Of a DNA stretch of 28,507 nt, positions 1-9,015 are shown in pieces. Position 1 is the first letter of the stretch; every line of letters starts with the position of its first letter. The position numbers and the translations under genes were made by a program. The notes beneath the pieces are model-generated. The model was not told where the DNA came from. It did not search any database and saw nothing but the letters and a program-made list of their open reading frames with translations. Source of the stretch: Candidatus Cloacimonadota bacterium (GTDB taxonomy: Bacteria; Cloacimonadota; Cloacimonadia; Cloacimonadales; WRIO01); NCBI GenBank assembly GCA_029564175.1, contig JAKQQL010000191.1:1-28507 (forward strand), in the 5' to 3' direction.

Positions 1-165
1 AATTATACAGCTTTTTGTAAATCGCTCATCAATAGAACCTTGCGGTAAGATACATGAAACATGGTTACCTATTTTTGACAATGAATAAGCTAACTCAAGA
101 TAATGAACTTTTCCAGCATCATTTTGTTCTGTATTAATTAAGCTCAACATTAATATATTCATCAT
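1..165 (-). CDS. Glycosyltransferase family 4, N-terminal fragment (runs off window edge)
   Basis: Hand translation from ATG at 165 (or 162): MMNILMLSLINTEQNDAGKVHYLELAYSLSKIGNHVSCILPQGS..., typical GT-B N-terminus (M.IL....G....LA..L...GH.V); ATGA overlap with the upstream gene stop; open to position 1. Confidence 0.75.
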   Translation of the reverse strand, partial: MMNILMLSLINTEQNDAGKVHYLELAYSLSKIGNHVSCILPQGSIDERFTKSCII

Positions 166-1220
166 TCCTCATTTATTGCACAAATAACGTAAGCAGGAGA
201 CAAAATAAGTTTTACAGAGCCTGGAAAAAGAAAAAGTAGAATATTTAAAACAGGTGCGAGAATCAGGGATAGCAATCTAATTGAAATATAATAGGAAATG
301 AGAATTTTATTTTTTTGCCTGTTCGGAATTTCAATGGCAGGTAAAGCAATCGGGAAATAAGAAGCTTCCAGTTGAACCCTGGAATATATCATTGTAAGTG
401 CTTTTTTTAAATTTTTGTAGTTAAAGCAGTGCTCCTGCCAGTATCCTGTATCAGGATTACAAGTGTTAGTATTAATACCAAAATTTATATTTTGACCTGA
501 AATTAGAAATAGTGAAATGTATGCGGGAATCTTACTATAAGTTAATCCTCTTGTTTTGTATGCAAGATATTCTGAAAGTTTACCTGTAAAATCAGGATAA
601 GTTGTTCTAATGAAATTTAGTCTTTTTAGAAAATATGGATTCTTTTTATCAAATGGTTCAAAATCTCTGTGTTTAATACTATTCATTATCTTTAACATTG
701 GATTAAATGTATTAGCTCCAGAGACCATATAGATTAATCCATTGGGTTTCAGATATTTCTTTAAAGTAATAAAAGCAGATAATGGATAATCGATATGTTC
801 CAGAACATCATAATTGGTAATAATATCATAAAAGGCATGCTCTTTAATATTATGGTAACTGGCACAATATATACTGTCTATTGAAACTTCTGTCTGTTTT
901 GCCAGGATGATAAAATTCCTGGTATAGATTTCAGATAAATCACAATAAGTTACTGAAAAAATGCCGCATTTTTTAGCAAGTAATGATAATATTCCAGTTC
1001 CTCCTCCGAAATCTAACAAGTTCAAATTAAGTATATCTTTATTCTGACAAGTTTTATATATGATTTTTTCATAGCGTTGTATTATAACATCATACATCGT
1101 AATATAGTTTTTTAAATAAAGTGTAAAATCTTTGCTGTTAAATTGATCAAACTGTACTTTTAACAATAATTCTTTAAGATTTTTTGCTGCAGAATGAATC
1201 ATTTTCTTTGTTAAAAACAT
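162..1220 (-). CDS. Class I SAM-dependent methyltransferase (glycan locus)
   Basis: Motif I LLDFGGGTG, post-I YCD, YDIITNYDVLEHI, LKPNG; hydrophobic C-terminal tail; SD GAGGA upstream. Confidence 0.85.
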   Translation of the reverse strand: MFLTKKMIHSAAKNLKELLLKVQFDQFNSKDFTLYLKNYITMYDVIIQRYEKIIYKTCQNKDILNLNLLDFGGGTGILSLLAKKCGIFSVTYCDLSEIYTRNFIILAKQTEVSIDSIYCASYHNIKEHAFYDIITNYDVLEHIDYPLSAFITLKKYLKPNGLIYMVSGANTFNPMLKIMNSIKHRDFEPFDKKNPYFLKRLNFIRTTYPDFTGKLSEYLAYKTRGLTYSKIPAYISLFLISGQNINFGINTNTCNPDTGYWQEHCFNYKNLKKALTMIYSRVQLEASYFPIALPAIEIPNRQKNKILISYYISIRLLSLILAPVLNILLFLFPGSVKLILSPAYVICAINEE

Positions 1221-1233
1221 TTTTCCTCACAGC

Positions 1234-2349
1234 TCATACTTTTAATAACTGAATGAATTTCTGGATATTACTGGATAAGTCAAAATAAGTTCTAATATAT
1301 AGTTTTGAACTATTACTTAGGGATTCGTAATGATCCATATTCTTGCATGATCGTTCAATCATACCGATAAAACTCCTTTTATCTTTTAATGGAGTCATAT
1401 AGCCATTAATGTTCTCAGTGATAAAATCCCTTATTCCCTCAACATCTGACCCAATAATCGGTAATCCATACATATTAGCTTCCAGCCCAGCCATAGATAA
1501 TCCCTCTGTAGAGCTGTGCAGAATCAGGTAATGGCATTTTGTTAGATACTTTTTAATCTCTGCTTTATCCAGCCAGCCGGTAAAATGGACTTTTTCTTTT
1601 AAATTGGATTTTAAAACCTGTAATTTTAAATCCTCAACATCTCCTGATCCAACAATAAAAAATTCAAAATCTTCATGAACTTCATTTAAGCAATCTAATA
1701 TAAATGCTAGATTTTTTTCTGGTGAAATTCGTCCTAAGAAGAGAAATTTCACAGGTGCTTCCTTATGAGTATTGATACTTTTGAACTTTATACTATTAGG
1801 TATCATCATAATTTTGTTATCTTCAACTATAAAATCATTTTTAATTTTTCTAACTATTCCTTTGCTTACTGCATGAATATGATCAGCATGTTTAATTACA
1901 TATTGGGCAATTGGTTTAAAAAATCTAAATAAATCTTTTGTTTGCTCTGGTTGATGAGAAGGTACATCCCCTCCATGTGCTGTTATAACGACTCTCAATC
2001 TGAAAATTTTTTTTAGTAAAATAGCCAAAATACCACAAGGGAGAATAAAATGTGCGTGAATAACTTTGGGTTTTTCTTTTACTATGAGATAAACAGCTAA
2101 AGGAAATGATACAATTAAGTAGAAAAGCATTTCAATCAATCTGCTTTTTTCAGCTTTTTTTCTAAACACAGGAATTCTAAATATGCTATAATTATTGGTA
2201 TATGAATAATAAGGCAACTGATGATAATGTGAAGTAATTAAGAAAACTTTATTATTCATTGATGCTAGTGCTTCATTGATCAATAATGTCTGACTACCAG
2301 CTCCACCACCTACTGGCGGGTATTCATAGTTTAATACAAGAATTTTCAT
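1234..2349 (-). CDS. Glycosyltransferase family 4 (GT-B)
   Basis: MKILVLNYEYPPVGGGAG start, IHAHF, TAHGGDV, FLGRISPEKN, EGLSMAGLEA (EX7E); ATGA overlap with asnB-like stop. Confidence 0.93.
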   Translation of the reverse strand: MKILVLNYEYPPVGGGAGSQTLLINEALASMNNKVFLITSHYHQLPYYSYTNNYSIFRIPVFRKKAEKSRLIEMLFYLIVSFPLAVYLIVKEKPKVIHAHFILPCGILAILLKKIFRLRVVITAHGGDVPSHQPEQTKDLFRFFKPIAQYVIKHADHIHAVSKGIVRKIKNDFIVEDNKIMMIPNSIKFKSINTHKEAPVKFLFLGRISPEKNLAFILDCLNEVHEDFEFFIVGSGDVEDLKLQVLKSNLKEKVHFTGWLDKAEIKKYLTKCHYLILHSSTEGLSMAGLEANMYGLPIIGSDVEGIRDFITENINGYMTPLKDKRSFIGMIERSCKNMDHYESLSNSSKLYIRTYFDLSSNIQKFIQLLKV

Positions 2350-4238
2350 AAAAAATTATTCTCATACCACTTCTGAAACATATACATACTCCAGATTTGT
2401 TTCCGATTGTCTGATTTGCCTGAAAGATGAGCTTTAAAGATTGTTTGCAGATATTCTCCGTTGAATAAGCCCTGATTACGGATGAATTCAGAAGAGAAAT
2501 ATAAGGCGATTTCATCTTTTAAATCATCTTTAATCCATTTGGTCAGAGGAATTCCGAATCCTTTCTTATCTCTATACAAAATAGAGTGCGGTAGGTGATT
2601 TTTGAATGCTTTTTTTAAAATATATTTACGACAGAGATTATTGAGTTTATAAGAAGCTGGCAGTGAATTGGCAAATTCAGCAACTTCAAAATCCAGGAAA
2701 GGACTTCTGGCTTCTAAAGATACCATCATACCTGCTCTGTCAATTTTAAACATAATATCGTCTGTCAGATAGTATTTCTGATAATGGTGAAATAAAGAGA
2801 TTATTGATTTTGAGTAATGGGGTATATCTATTACAGATAGAGGATTAAAATCCTGTAAAAAATTAAGTACATTTGTTGAAAAAAGAGAGTTCTGCTCTTT
2901 TCTATTAAATGCGCCAAGCCATAATTGATTTCTATCAACAGGATTATCATAAACATACTTTAAAAATCTTTTGGCTTTAAAATCAAGACTCATATTGCTA
3001 TCAGAAACCGGAAGTCTATCTACAATAGTTTTAATAAAATGCTTGTTTATAAATGGAGGAATTTTGGTATATTGATTTGCCCAAAAATCTGCTAAAAAGG
3101 GATCATATCCTGCGAATAATTCATCTCCGCCATCTCCTCCCAATGCAACAGTAACATGTTCTTTTGTGAAAGCAGAAAGCAGATAAGTAGGTATGATGGA
3201 TGCATCAGCATAAGGTTCATCCAACAGGTTGGTAATGGTCGGAATGATGTCTGGCATATCTTTTGATGATAGAATCTTCTGATGATGTTCAGTTCCAAAT
3301 CTATCAGCAACTGTTTTCGCATAATTTGACTCATCAAAGCTATTCTCGTTAAAGCCAATAGAAAATGTCTTTATTCGTGAGGCCGGTACAATATCGGCCA
3401 TCAGAGCTGTAATAATACTGGAATCAATTCCTCCACTCAGGAAAACACCTAAAGGAACATCTGAGATTAATCGTCTTTCAACCGCTTTACTCAGTTTATC
3501 TATCAAAATTTTGATTAGTTCTTGTTCAGAATAATCATTCCATTTTTTACTTTCATATATCTTGATATCCCACCATTTAGTTATATTGATTCCTTTGGAT
3601 GAAAACTCAAGATAGTGGCCAGCAGGAAGTTTAAAAGTATTCTCATAAATAGAGTAGGGGGCAGGCGTATATTCAAATTGTAAGTACAACGATAAAGACT
3701 GATAATTTATTCGTTTGATAAATTCAGGGTGCATTGTTAGGGCTTTTAACTCAGAGGAAAAAATGATACCTTTGTCAATAAGCGAGTAATAGAGGGGTTT
3801 CTTTCCGAATCTGTCCCTCGCTATAAAAAGCTTTTCAGACTGAATATCCCATAATGCAAAAGCAAACATCCCATTCATTTTGTTTAAAAAATTAGCACCA
3901 TATTCCTCATAACCGTGAATGATTACTTCTGTATCAGTGTTAGATCTAAATAAATGACCTTTTTTTAACAGATCATCTTTGAGCTCCAGGTAATTGTAAA
4001 TTTCTCCGTTAAACGTAATCCAAATACTTTTATCTTCATTAGTCATTGGCTGATGTCCAAAAGATGATAAATCAATGATACTTAATCTACGTTGACCCAG
4101 ACCAGTAAAGAAATTCTTTGACTGTATGAGCTCATAGCCTGAATCATCTGGTCCGCGATGAGTCATAGAATCTGTCATTCGCTTTAAAATACTCATATCA
4201 AATGGAGTTAAACTAACAAGACCTGCGATACCGCACAT
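2346..4238 (-). CDS. asnB: Asparagine synthase (glutamine-hydrolysing) family amidotransferase, probably glycan-amidating
   Basis: N-terminal MCGIAG (Cys2 Ntn nucleophile), HRGPD, RLSIIDLS, FNGEIYN, RDRFGKKPLYY, LSGGIDSS, GDGGDELFAGY, KKGF; located among glycosyltransferases. Confidence 0.92.
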   Translation of the reverse strand: MCGIAGLVSLTPFDMSILKRMTDSMTHRGPDDSGYELIQSKNFFTGLGQRRLSIIDLSSFGHQPMTNEDKSIWITFNGEIYNYLELKDDLLKKGHLFRSNTDTEVIIHGYEEYGANFLNKMNGMFAFALWDIQSEKLFIARDRFGKKPLYYSLIDKGIIFSSELKALTMHPEFIKRINYQSLSLYLQFEYTPAPYSIYENTFKLPAGHYLEFSSKGINITKWWDIKIYESKKWNDYSEQELIKILIDKLSKAVERRLISDVPLGVFLSGGIDSSIITALMADIVPASRIKTFSIGFNENSFDESNYAKTVADRFGTEHHQKILSSKDMPDIIPTITNLLDEPYADASIIPTYLLSAFTKEHVTVALGGDGGDELFAGYDPFLADFWANQYTKIPPFINKHFIKTIVDRLPVSDSNMSLDFKAKRFLKYVYDNPVDRNQLWLGAFNRKEQNSLFSTNVLNFLQDFNPLSVIDIPHYSKSIISLFHHYQKYYLTDDIMFKIDRAGMMVSLEARSPFLDFEVAEFANSLPASYKLNNLCRKYILKKAFKNHLPHSILYRDKKGFGIPLTKWIKDDLKDEIALYFSSEFIRNQGLFNGEYLQTIFKAHLSGKSDNRKQIWSMYMFQKWYENNFL

Positions 4239-4239
4239 T

Positions 4240-5868
4240 TTATCTTCCTTGGGATCTGGTTAAAATACGCTCAACAATGTAATAATCTTTATTCTGTCCT
4301 TCGAAGTAAACTCTCATTAGAATCTCTCCCAGTAAACCCATAAAGAGTATTTGAGTACAGAGCATGATTAATATGCCATACAAGATGATGATCGTATTAA
4401 AACTCAAAATCGTAAATACACTTATAAATGATAAGATTAAGAACAACAGGGAACCCCATAAAAACAAGGTTTTCACTATTTTTCCAAAAAATTGGATGGG
4501 TCTGGTCATGTAGTCGGAAAAGAATCGTACGACTATAAAATCAAATAAAACTCTCGAAACCCTAGAAAGGTTGTATTTTGCTGTCCCATGTACTCTGGGG
4601 TGATGTCTGACTGGAATTTCAGCCACTTTAACTCCAAGCCAGGCAGCAAAAACAGGGATAAACCTGTGCATTTCACCATATAAATGAATATTTTTTATGA
4701 TTTCTTTTTTATAAGCCTTTAAAGTGCAACCAAAGTCATTCAACTTTATTCCGGTTCCACTGATTAAATAATTAATAATTTTATTGGCTATCATCGATGG
4801 CAATTTTCTGGTGAAAGCTTTATCTTGTCTGTCTTTTCTCCAACCATTGACTAAATCATATCCTTCAGCCATTTTTTCAAGTAAAACCGGTATATCTTCC
4901 GGGTCATTTTGAAGATCACCATCCATAGTAATAATAATATTACCATTTGCATATTTAAAGCCTGCACTTAAAGCTGCCGTTTGGCCATAATTCCTTCTAA
5001 ATTGGATTAAAACTACATTTTTTTCTGATAAAGACAGGTTTCTTAAATACTCAATACTTCCGTCCCTGCTGCCATCGTCAATAAAGATAATCTCGTAATT
5101 TTGTTTTAAGTTACCAAGAATATTTTTTAGTTTATCATAAAGTATAGGCAGATTGCCTATTTCGTTCATGATGGGGATTACTATTGATAAATCAATATTT
5201 TCAATTTTTTCTTCTTCTATATGTTGAATCATATAAAAAGGATCAATTTCATAGAGTTTATCAGAAAATTCTATTCTAATCTTTTCGGAGGGTATTACTG
5301 AATAATTTACTATATAGTCTAACTGATTTTTTAAATCTTTAATATTTTGATCAAGTCCATAGGTCTTTTCAAGTTCTATTAAAAAAAGTCTCGCTTCATC
5401 TAATTTTTTAGATGATAGCAAGACGGTGACAAGATTTATTTTGGCAACATAGTATTTATCATCGAAGCTAATCGCATCTTTGATAAATTTTTCTGCATTT
5501 TCTAAATGGTTCAGTTTGAAATACACAACACCCAGATCATTAAGCAGTTCATAATTTTCTGGTTCTATAAGCAAAGCTTTTTCAAGTATTGAGATTGACT
5601 CATTGTATCTTTTTTGTTCGAATAATACAAGGCCCAGATTATAAAGATATCTAAAATTATCTGGATCTAACTGAGCTGCTTTTTCTATGTTGTAAGTTGA
5701 AGAATCAAAATCATTTAAGATTTTATATGCATTGCCCAGAATAGAGAAAATTTTTGCAGAAGCCGGATTTAGTTTAGCAGCTTTTTCCCAATGTTTGATT
5801 GCGTCATTCACGTTGTTTTCTTGGAAATATTTCAATCCTAAATGATACTCTTTTTCAAAATTTTCCAT
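4240..5868 (-). CDS. N-terminal TPR repeats fused to GT2 (ArnC/DPM1-like polyprenol-phosphate glycosyltransferase) with two C-terminal TM helices
   Basis: TPR motifs (LGNAY, YNLGLVL, NDLGVVY); LSIVIP..NE, IDDGSRDGS, RNYGQTAALSAG, MDGDLQNDP, GEMHRFIP; start moved to ATG 5868 with SD AGGGAAG rather than TTG 5925. Confidence 0.9.
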   Translation of the reverse strand: MENFEKEYHLGLKYFQENNVNDAIKHWEKAAKLNPASAKIFSILGNAYKILNDFDSSTYNIEKAAQLDPDNFRYLYNLGLVLFEQKRYNESISILEKALLIEPENYELLNDLGVVYFKLNHLENAEKFIKDAISFDDKYYVAKINLVTVLLSSKKLDEARLFLIELEKTYGLDQNIKDLKNQLDYIVNYSVIPSEKIRIEFSDKLYEIDPFYMIQHIEEEKIENIDLSIVIPIMNEIGNLPILYDKLKNILGNLKQNYEIIFIDDGSRDGSIEYLRNLSLSEKNVVLIQFRRNYGQTAALSAGFKYANGNIIITMDGDLQNDPEDIPVLLEKMAEGYDLVNGWRKDRQDKAFTRKLPSMIANKIINYLISGTGIKLNDFGCTLKAYKKEIIKNIHLYGEMHRFIPVFAAWLGVKVAEIPVRHHPRVHGTAKYNLSRVSRVLFDFIVVRFFSDYMTRPIQFFGKIVKTLFLWGSLLFLILSFISVFTILSFNTIIILYGILIMLCTQILFMGLLGEILMRVYFEGQNKDYYIVERILTRSQGR

Positions 5869-5903
5869 TTTATCTTCCCTGATAAGAATTTTGCTTTGAT
5901 ACA

Positions 5904-5933
5904 GCTTCGCCCTCTGACTTCGCAATAAGTCAG
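5904..5933 (-). promoter_or_regulatory. 5' leader hairpin followed by GGGCGAAGC (JUMPstart/ops-like element)
   Basis: CTGACTT-N6-AAGTCAG stem (5914-5933) immediately followed on the minus strand by AGGGCGAAGCTG, upstream of a glycan operon. Confidence 0.4.
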
Positions 5934-5946
5934 TACAAATACTTTA

Positions 5947-5962
5947 AGCAAAATATATGCCA
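5947..5962 (-). promoter_or_regulatory. Putative sigma54 (-24/-12) promoter
   Basis: Minus strand TGGCAT-ATATT-TTGCT fits TGGCAC-N5-TTGCW with exact GG-N10-GC spacing, about 80 nt upstream of the start codon. Confidence 0.65.
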
Positions 5963-6049
5963 TTATAAATGGCAAAAGTCAAGCTTTTTTTAATAAAAAT
6001 GTGTTAAGACAGATTAAAATAAGAAAAATTTTCTTAAAAAATTACTTGA

Positions 6050-7174
6050 TTATGTTTGTTTGTTATTAAAATACGTACCCAATTGGTTGTAGATGTGTCC
6101 AAAGATGAGTTTTGGGTTGACATGACCTTTTACTGCACCCTGAAGATCTTCTAGAAAGAAGAAAATCTCATCCAGATATTCCAGAATGTAAGGATTTTTT
6201 TCATAGAATTTGGAAATCAGTTTGATTTGGTTAATATTAATAATATCTGTCTGACAAAGTTGGAAAGATTTTATATCATTTAAAAAAAGTATAAAAGAGT
6301 CTATTACATCTGTTAGAAAAGTACTGTTTTTGCCAGATTTGACTATCATTTCCTCCATCCATGAAAGGAAAGCCTGGTCATCGTTTGCCAACAATATCTG
6401 AAAGAAATCAGATGTCTTATCGATACTTTCAAAGTCATTTTCGTTAGATAGAAGTATTGCTTTTTCTAAATTGGAATTGGATAGTTTAGAAATCAGTTTT
6501 GCTTTTACAGGTTCCAGGGAAAAAACATGTCTAAGATAGATTTCTATCTTTTCAGGTTTCACCGGATGAAACTCAATCTTTTGGCATCTGGATAGTATTG
6601 TGGGTAAGAGGCTGTTTATGGTTTTGGTTGTCATGATGATAATCGTGTTGGGTGATGGTTCTTCAAGCGTTTTTAAAAAGGCGTTAGCAGCCTGGATATT
6701 CATTTTTTCCACATTTTCAATAATGATGATCTTTTTTTCTGCCTCATAGGGTGCAGTGATCAGCTTTTGTTGAATCATACGGATTTGATCAATTCTGATT
6801 TCTGTATTACCTGTAAACAGGTAGTCTTTCCAGGGTGTCTTTATTTTTGCCTGGATATATTTTTGATATTCATCCTGATTTGCCTGGTTTTTAATTTCTC
6901 CACTACTGTTCATTTCGAATTTGGGGATAGGGAAGAGGTAAAGAATATCAGGATGTGAAAACTGGAGAAACTTCCGACAGGATATACAGGTACCACAAGG
7001 CACTCTGTCTTCAGACGAATAGCAGTTAATAGCCATGGCAAAAAGATAAGCTGTGAAAAGTTTTCCACAGCCTTCTGGTCCATAAAACAAGTAAGCCTGA
7101 GCAATCTTGTCATTTTTGATGGAGTTTTCTAAAATTCTGACTGCTAAAGCCTGATCTACAACCTTTTTTAACAT
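6050..7174 (-). CDS. holB: DNA polymerase III delta' subunit
   Basis: AQAYLFYGPEGCGK, zinc motif C..PCGTCISC, HPD, IRIDQIR, AANAFLKTLEEP, LLPTILSRC. Confidence 0.92.
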   Translation of the reverse strand: MLKKVVDQALAVRILENSIKNDKIAQAYLFYGPEGCGKLFTAYLFAMAINCYSSEDRVPCGTCISCRKFLQFSHPDILYLFPIPKFEMNSSGEIKNQANQDEYQKYIQAKIKTPWKDYLFTGNTEIRIDQIRMIQQKLITAPYEAEKKIIIIENVEKMNIQAANAFLKTLEEPSPNTIIIMTTKTINSLLPTILSRCQKIEFHPVKPEKIEIYLRHVFSLEPVKAKLISKLSNSNLEKAILLSNENDFESIDKTSDFFQILLANDDQAFLSWMEEMIVKSGKNSTFLTDVIDSFILFLNDIKSFQLCQTDIININQIKLISKFYEKNPYILEYLDEIFFFLEDLQGAVKGHVNPKLIFGHIYNQLGTYFNNKQT

Positions 7175-7177
7175 GAA

Positions 7178-7789
7178 TCAAAGCTCCAGTTTCAGTGTCA
7201 AACTACTCTTATCTGTTTGCAATTCATTCATGACTTTTTTGATATAAGGACTTTCAAAGTTTTCTGCAAAAATCTGCATGTAAATTATATCATAACGTTC
7301 ATTGGCGATTTTTCTAAATCCTTTCATGCATCCACATTCTGTAAATCCAACTTTTTTATAAAGCTTAACTGCCCTTTGGTTGAAAGATAATACACTCAGA
7401 TAGATAGAATACAGATTTAAGATATTAAAACCAAAATCCATTAACAAATTCATGGTTTCCTGACCATAACCTCTGTTCCAGAAATTTTTATCTCCAATAT
7501 TGATGCCAATTTCTGAAGTTCCATTAATCAAGTTTACATTATGTAATCCAGCTGAGCCTATTAGTTTATTGCTTTCTCTGTCAACAATTGCATAAATATA
7601 GTCTTTACTGTTTTGAAATCCCTCAAGAATTTTTTTTTCTTTCTCAATATTGAAAATAGTACCACCCACACCCAGATTTAAGGTTACATGATAATCATTC
7701 ATCCATTCAGTATATAAGGCTGCATCTTCAAGTGAAAGAGGGGATAGGTAGCATTTTTCACCAACCAGGTTTTTAAAATATTTACTCAT
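7178..7789 (-). CDS. GNAT family N-acetyltransferase (RimJ/RimL-like)
   Basis: EIGINIGDKNFWNRGYG acetyl-CoA motif, NQRAVKLYKKVGF; SD AGGAG. Confidence 0.88.
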   Translation of the reverse strand: MSKYFKNLVGEKCYLSPLSLEDAALYTEWMNDYHVTLNLGVGGTIFNIEKEKKILEGFQNSKDYIYAIVDRESNKLIGSAGLHNVNLINGTSEIGINIGDKNFWNRGYGQETMNLLMDFGFNILNLYSIYLSVLSFNQRAVKLYKKVGFTECGCMKGFRKIANERYDIIYMQIFAENFESPYIKKVMNELQTDKSSLTLKLEL

Positions 7790-7798
7790 AATTTCTCC

Positions 7799-8977
7799 TT
7801 ATATGATATTGAGTTCTTTTCCGACTAATTTAAACTTATCAAGCGCTTTTTCTAATTGGCTCAAGGTATGGGTTGCCATAAAACTACACCTGATCATTGT
7901 ATCAGAAGGCGGAACTGCCGGTGGAATAACAGGATTAATAAATACACCTTCTTCTGCCAGACGTTTCCACATCTTGAATGTAGTCATCATATCGCCTGTA
8001 TGAAGTGGTATCACCGGTGTTGTTGATGAGCCTGTATCATATCCCATTGATTTAAACCCTTCAGACATAAAGCGTGTATTTTCCCATAACTTTTCGATTC
8101 TTTCTGGTTCATCTCTCATGATATCAAGAGCTGCAAGCACACTGGCTGCGGATGCAGGAGGTAATGAAGCACTAAAAATTAAGGCTCTGGAAAAATGTTT
8201 CAGATAGTGAATTACATCTTCATCTCCTGCAATAAAACCACCAACAGAAGCCAGTGATTTGCTAAAAGTACCCATGATAATATCTGTCTTATCTGTTAAT
8301 CCAAAGTGCATTGCTGCACCAGCACCGGTTTTATGCAATACGCCAAGAGAATGAGCTTCATCTATCATCAGATTGGCATTATATTTTTCACACAATTTAA
8401 CAATTTCTGGAATATTTGCAATATCTCCTTCCATAGAAAAAATGCCATCGACAACAATTAACGCTTTTGAACTGTCAATTTTTGAAAGTGTTTTTTCAAG
8501 AGAAACCATATCATTATGGTTAAATCTTAGCATTTGACCAAAAGATAACTTGCAACCATCAATAATGGATGCATGGTCAAGTTTGTCTGTTACGATGAAT
8601 TCATTTTTTGATACAAGAGCACTGATACAACCTACATTTGCCTGATAACCGGTTGCAAATACAAGCGCTGCTTGTTTGCCAGTCAGTTCAGCCAGCCTGT
8701 TTTCCAGTTCAATATGAATATCAAGTGTTCCATTTAAAAATCTGGAACCGGCACAACCGCTACCATATTTATCGAGGGCATTTTTTGCTGCTTCTTTCAC
8801 TTTGGGATGAGTGGTTAAGCCTAAATAGCTATTAGACCCCATCATCAGCATTTTTTGACCATTTACAAGAACTTCTGTATCCTGTTCAGTAGAAATAACC
8901 CTGAAATATGGATAATATCCCATTTTTTCGATTTTTCGGGCTTCCTGAAAGGAAGCGCATTTGTCTAATAATTTCAT
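7799..8977 (-). CDS. spt: Serine palmitoyltransferase (PLP-dependent alpha-oxoamine synthase)
   Basis: YPYFR, GSNSYLGLT.HP, GCAGSRFLNGTLD.H, DHASI, VDGIFSMEGD, DEAH, GTFSKSLA (PLP Lys), IFSAS; from memory these match Bacteroides-type SPT more closely than BioF or Kbl. Confidence 0.8.
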   Translation of the reverse strand: MKLLDKCASFQEARKIEKMGYYPYFRVISTEQDTEVLVNGQKMLMMGSNSYLGLTTHPKVKEAAKNALDKYGSGCAGSRFLNGTLDIHIELENRLAELTGKQAALVFATGYQANVGCISALVSKNEFIVTDKLDHASIIDGCKLSFGQMLRFNHNDMVSLEKTLSKIDSSKALIVVDGIFSMEGDIANIPEIVKLCEKYNANLMIDEAHSLGVLHKTGAGAAMHFGLTDKTDIIMGTFSKSLASVGGFIAGDEDVIHYLKHFSRALIFSASLPPASAASVLAALDIMRDEPERIEKLWENTRFMSEGFKSMGYDTGSSTTPVIPLHTGDMMTTFKMWKRLAEEGVFINPVIPPAVPPSDTMIRCSFMATHTLSQLEKALDKFKLVGKELNII

Positions 8978-9015
8978 AACAACCCCTTATTTTCAATAAC
9001 CTAAAAGGTCATAAA

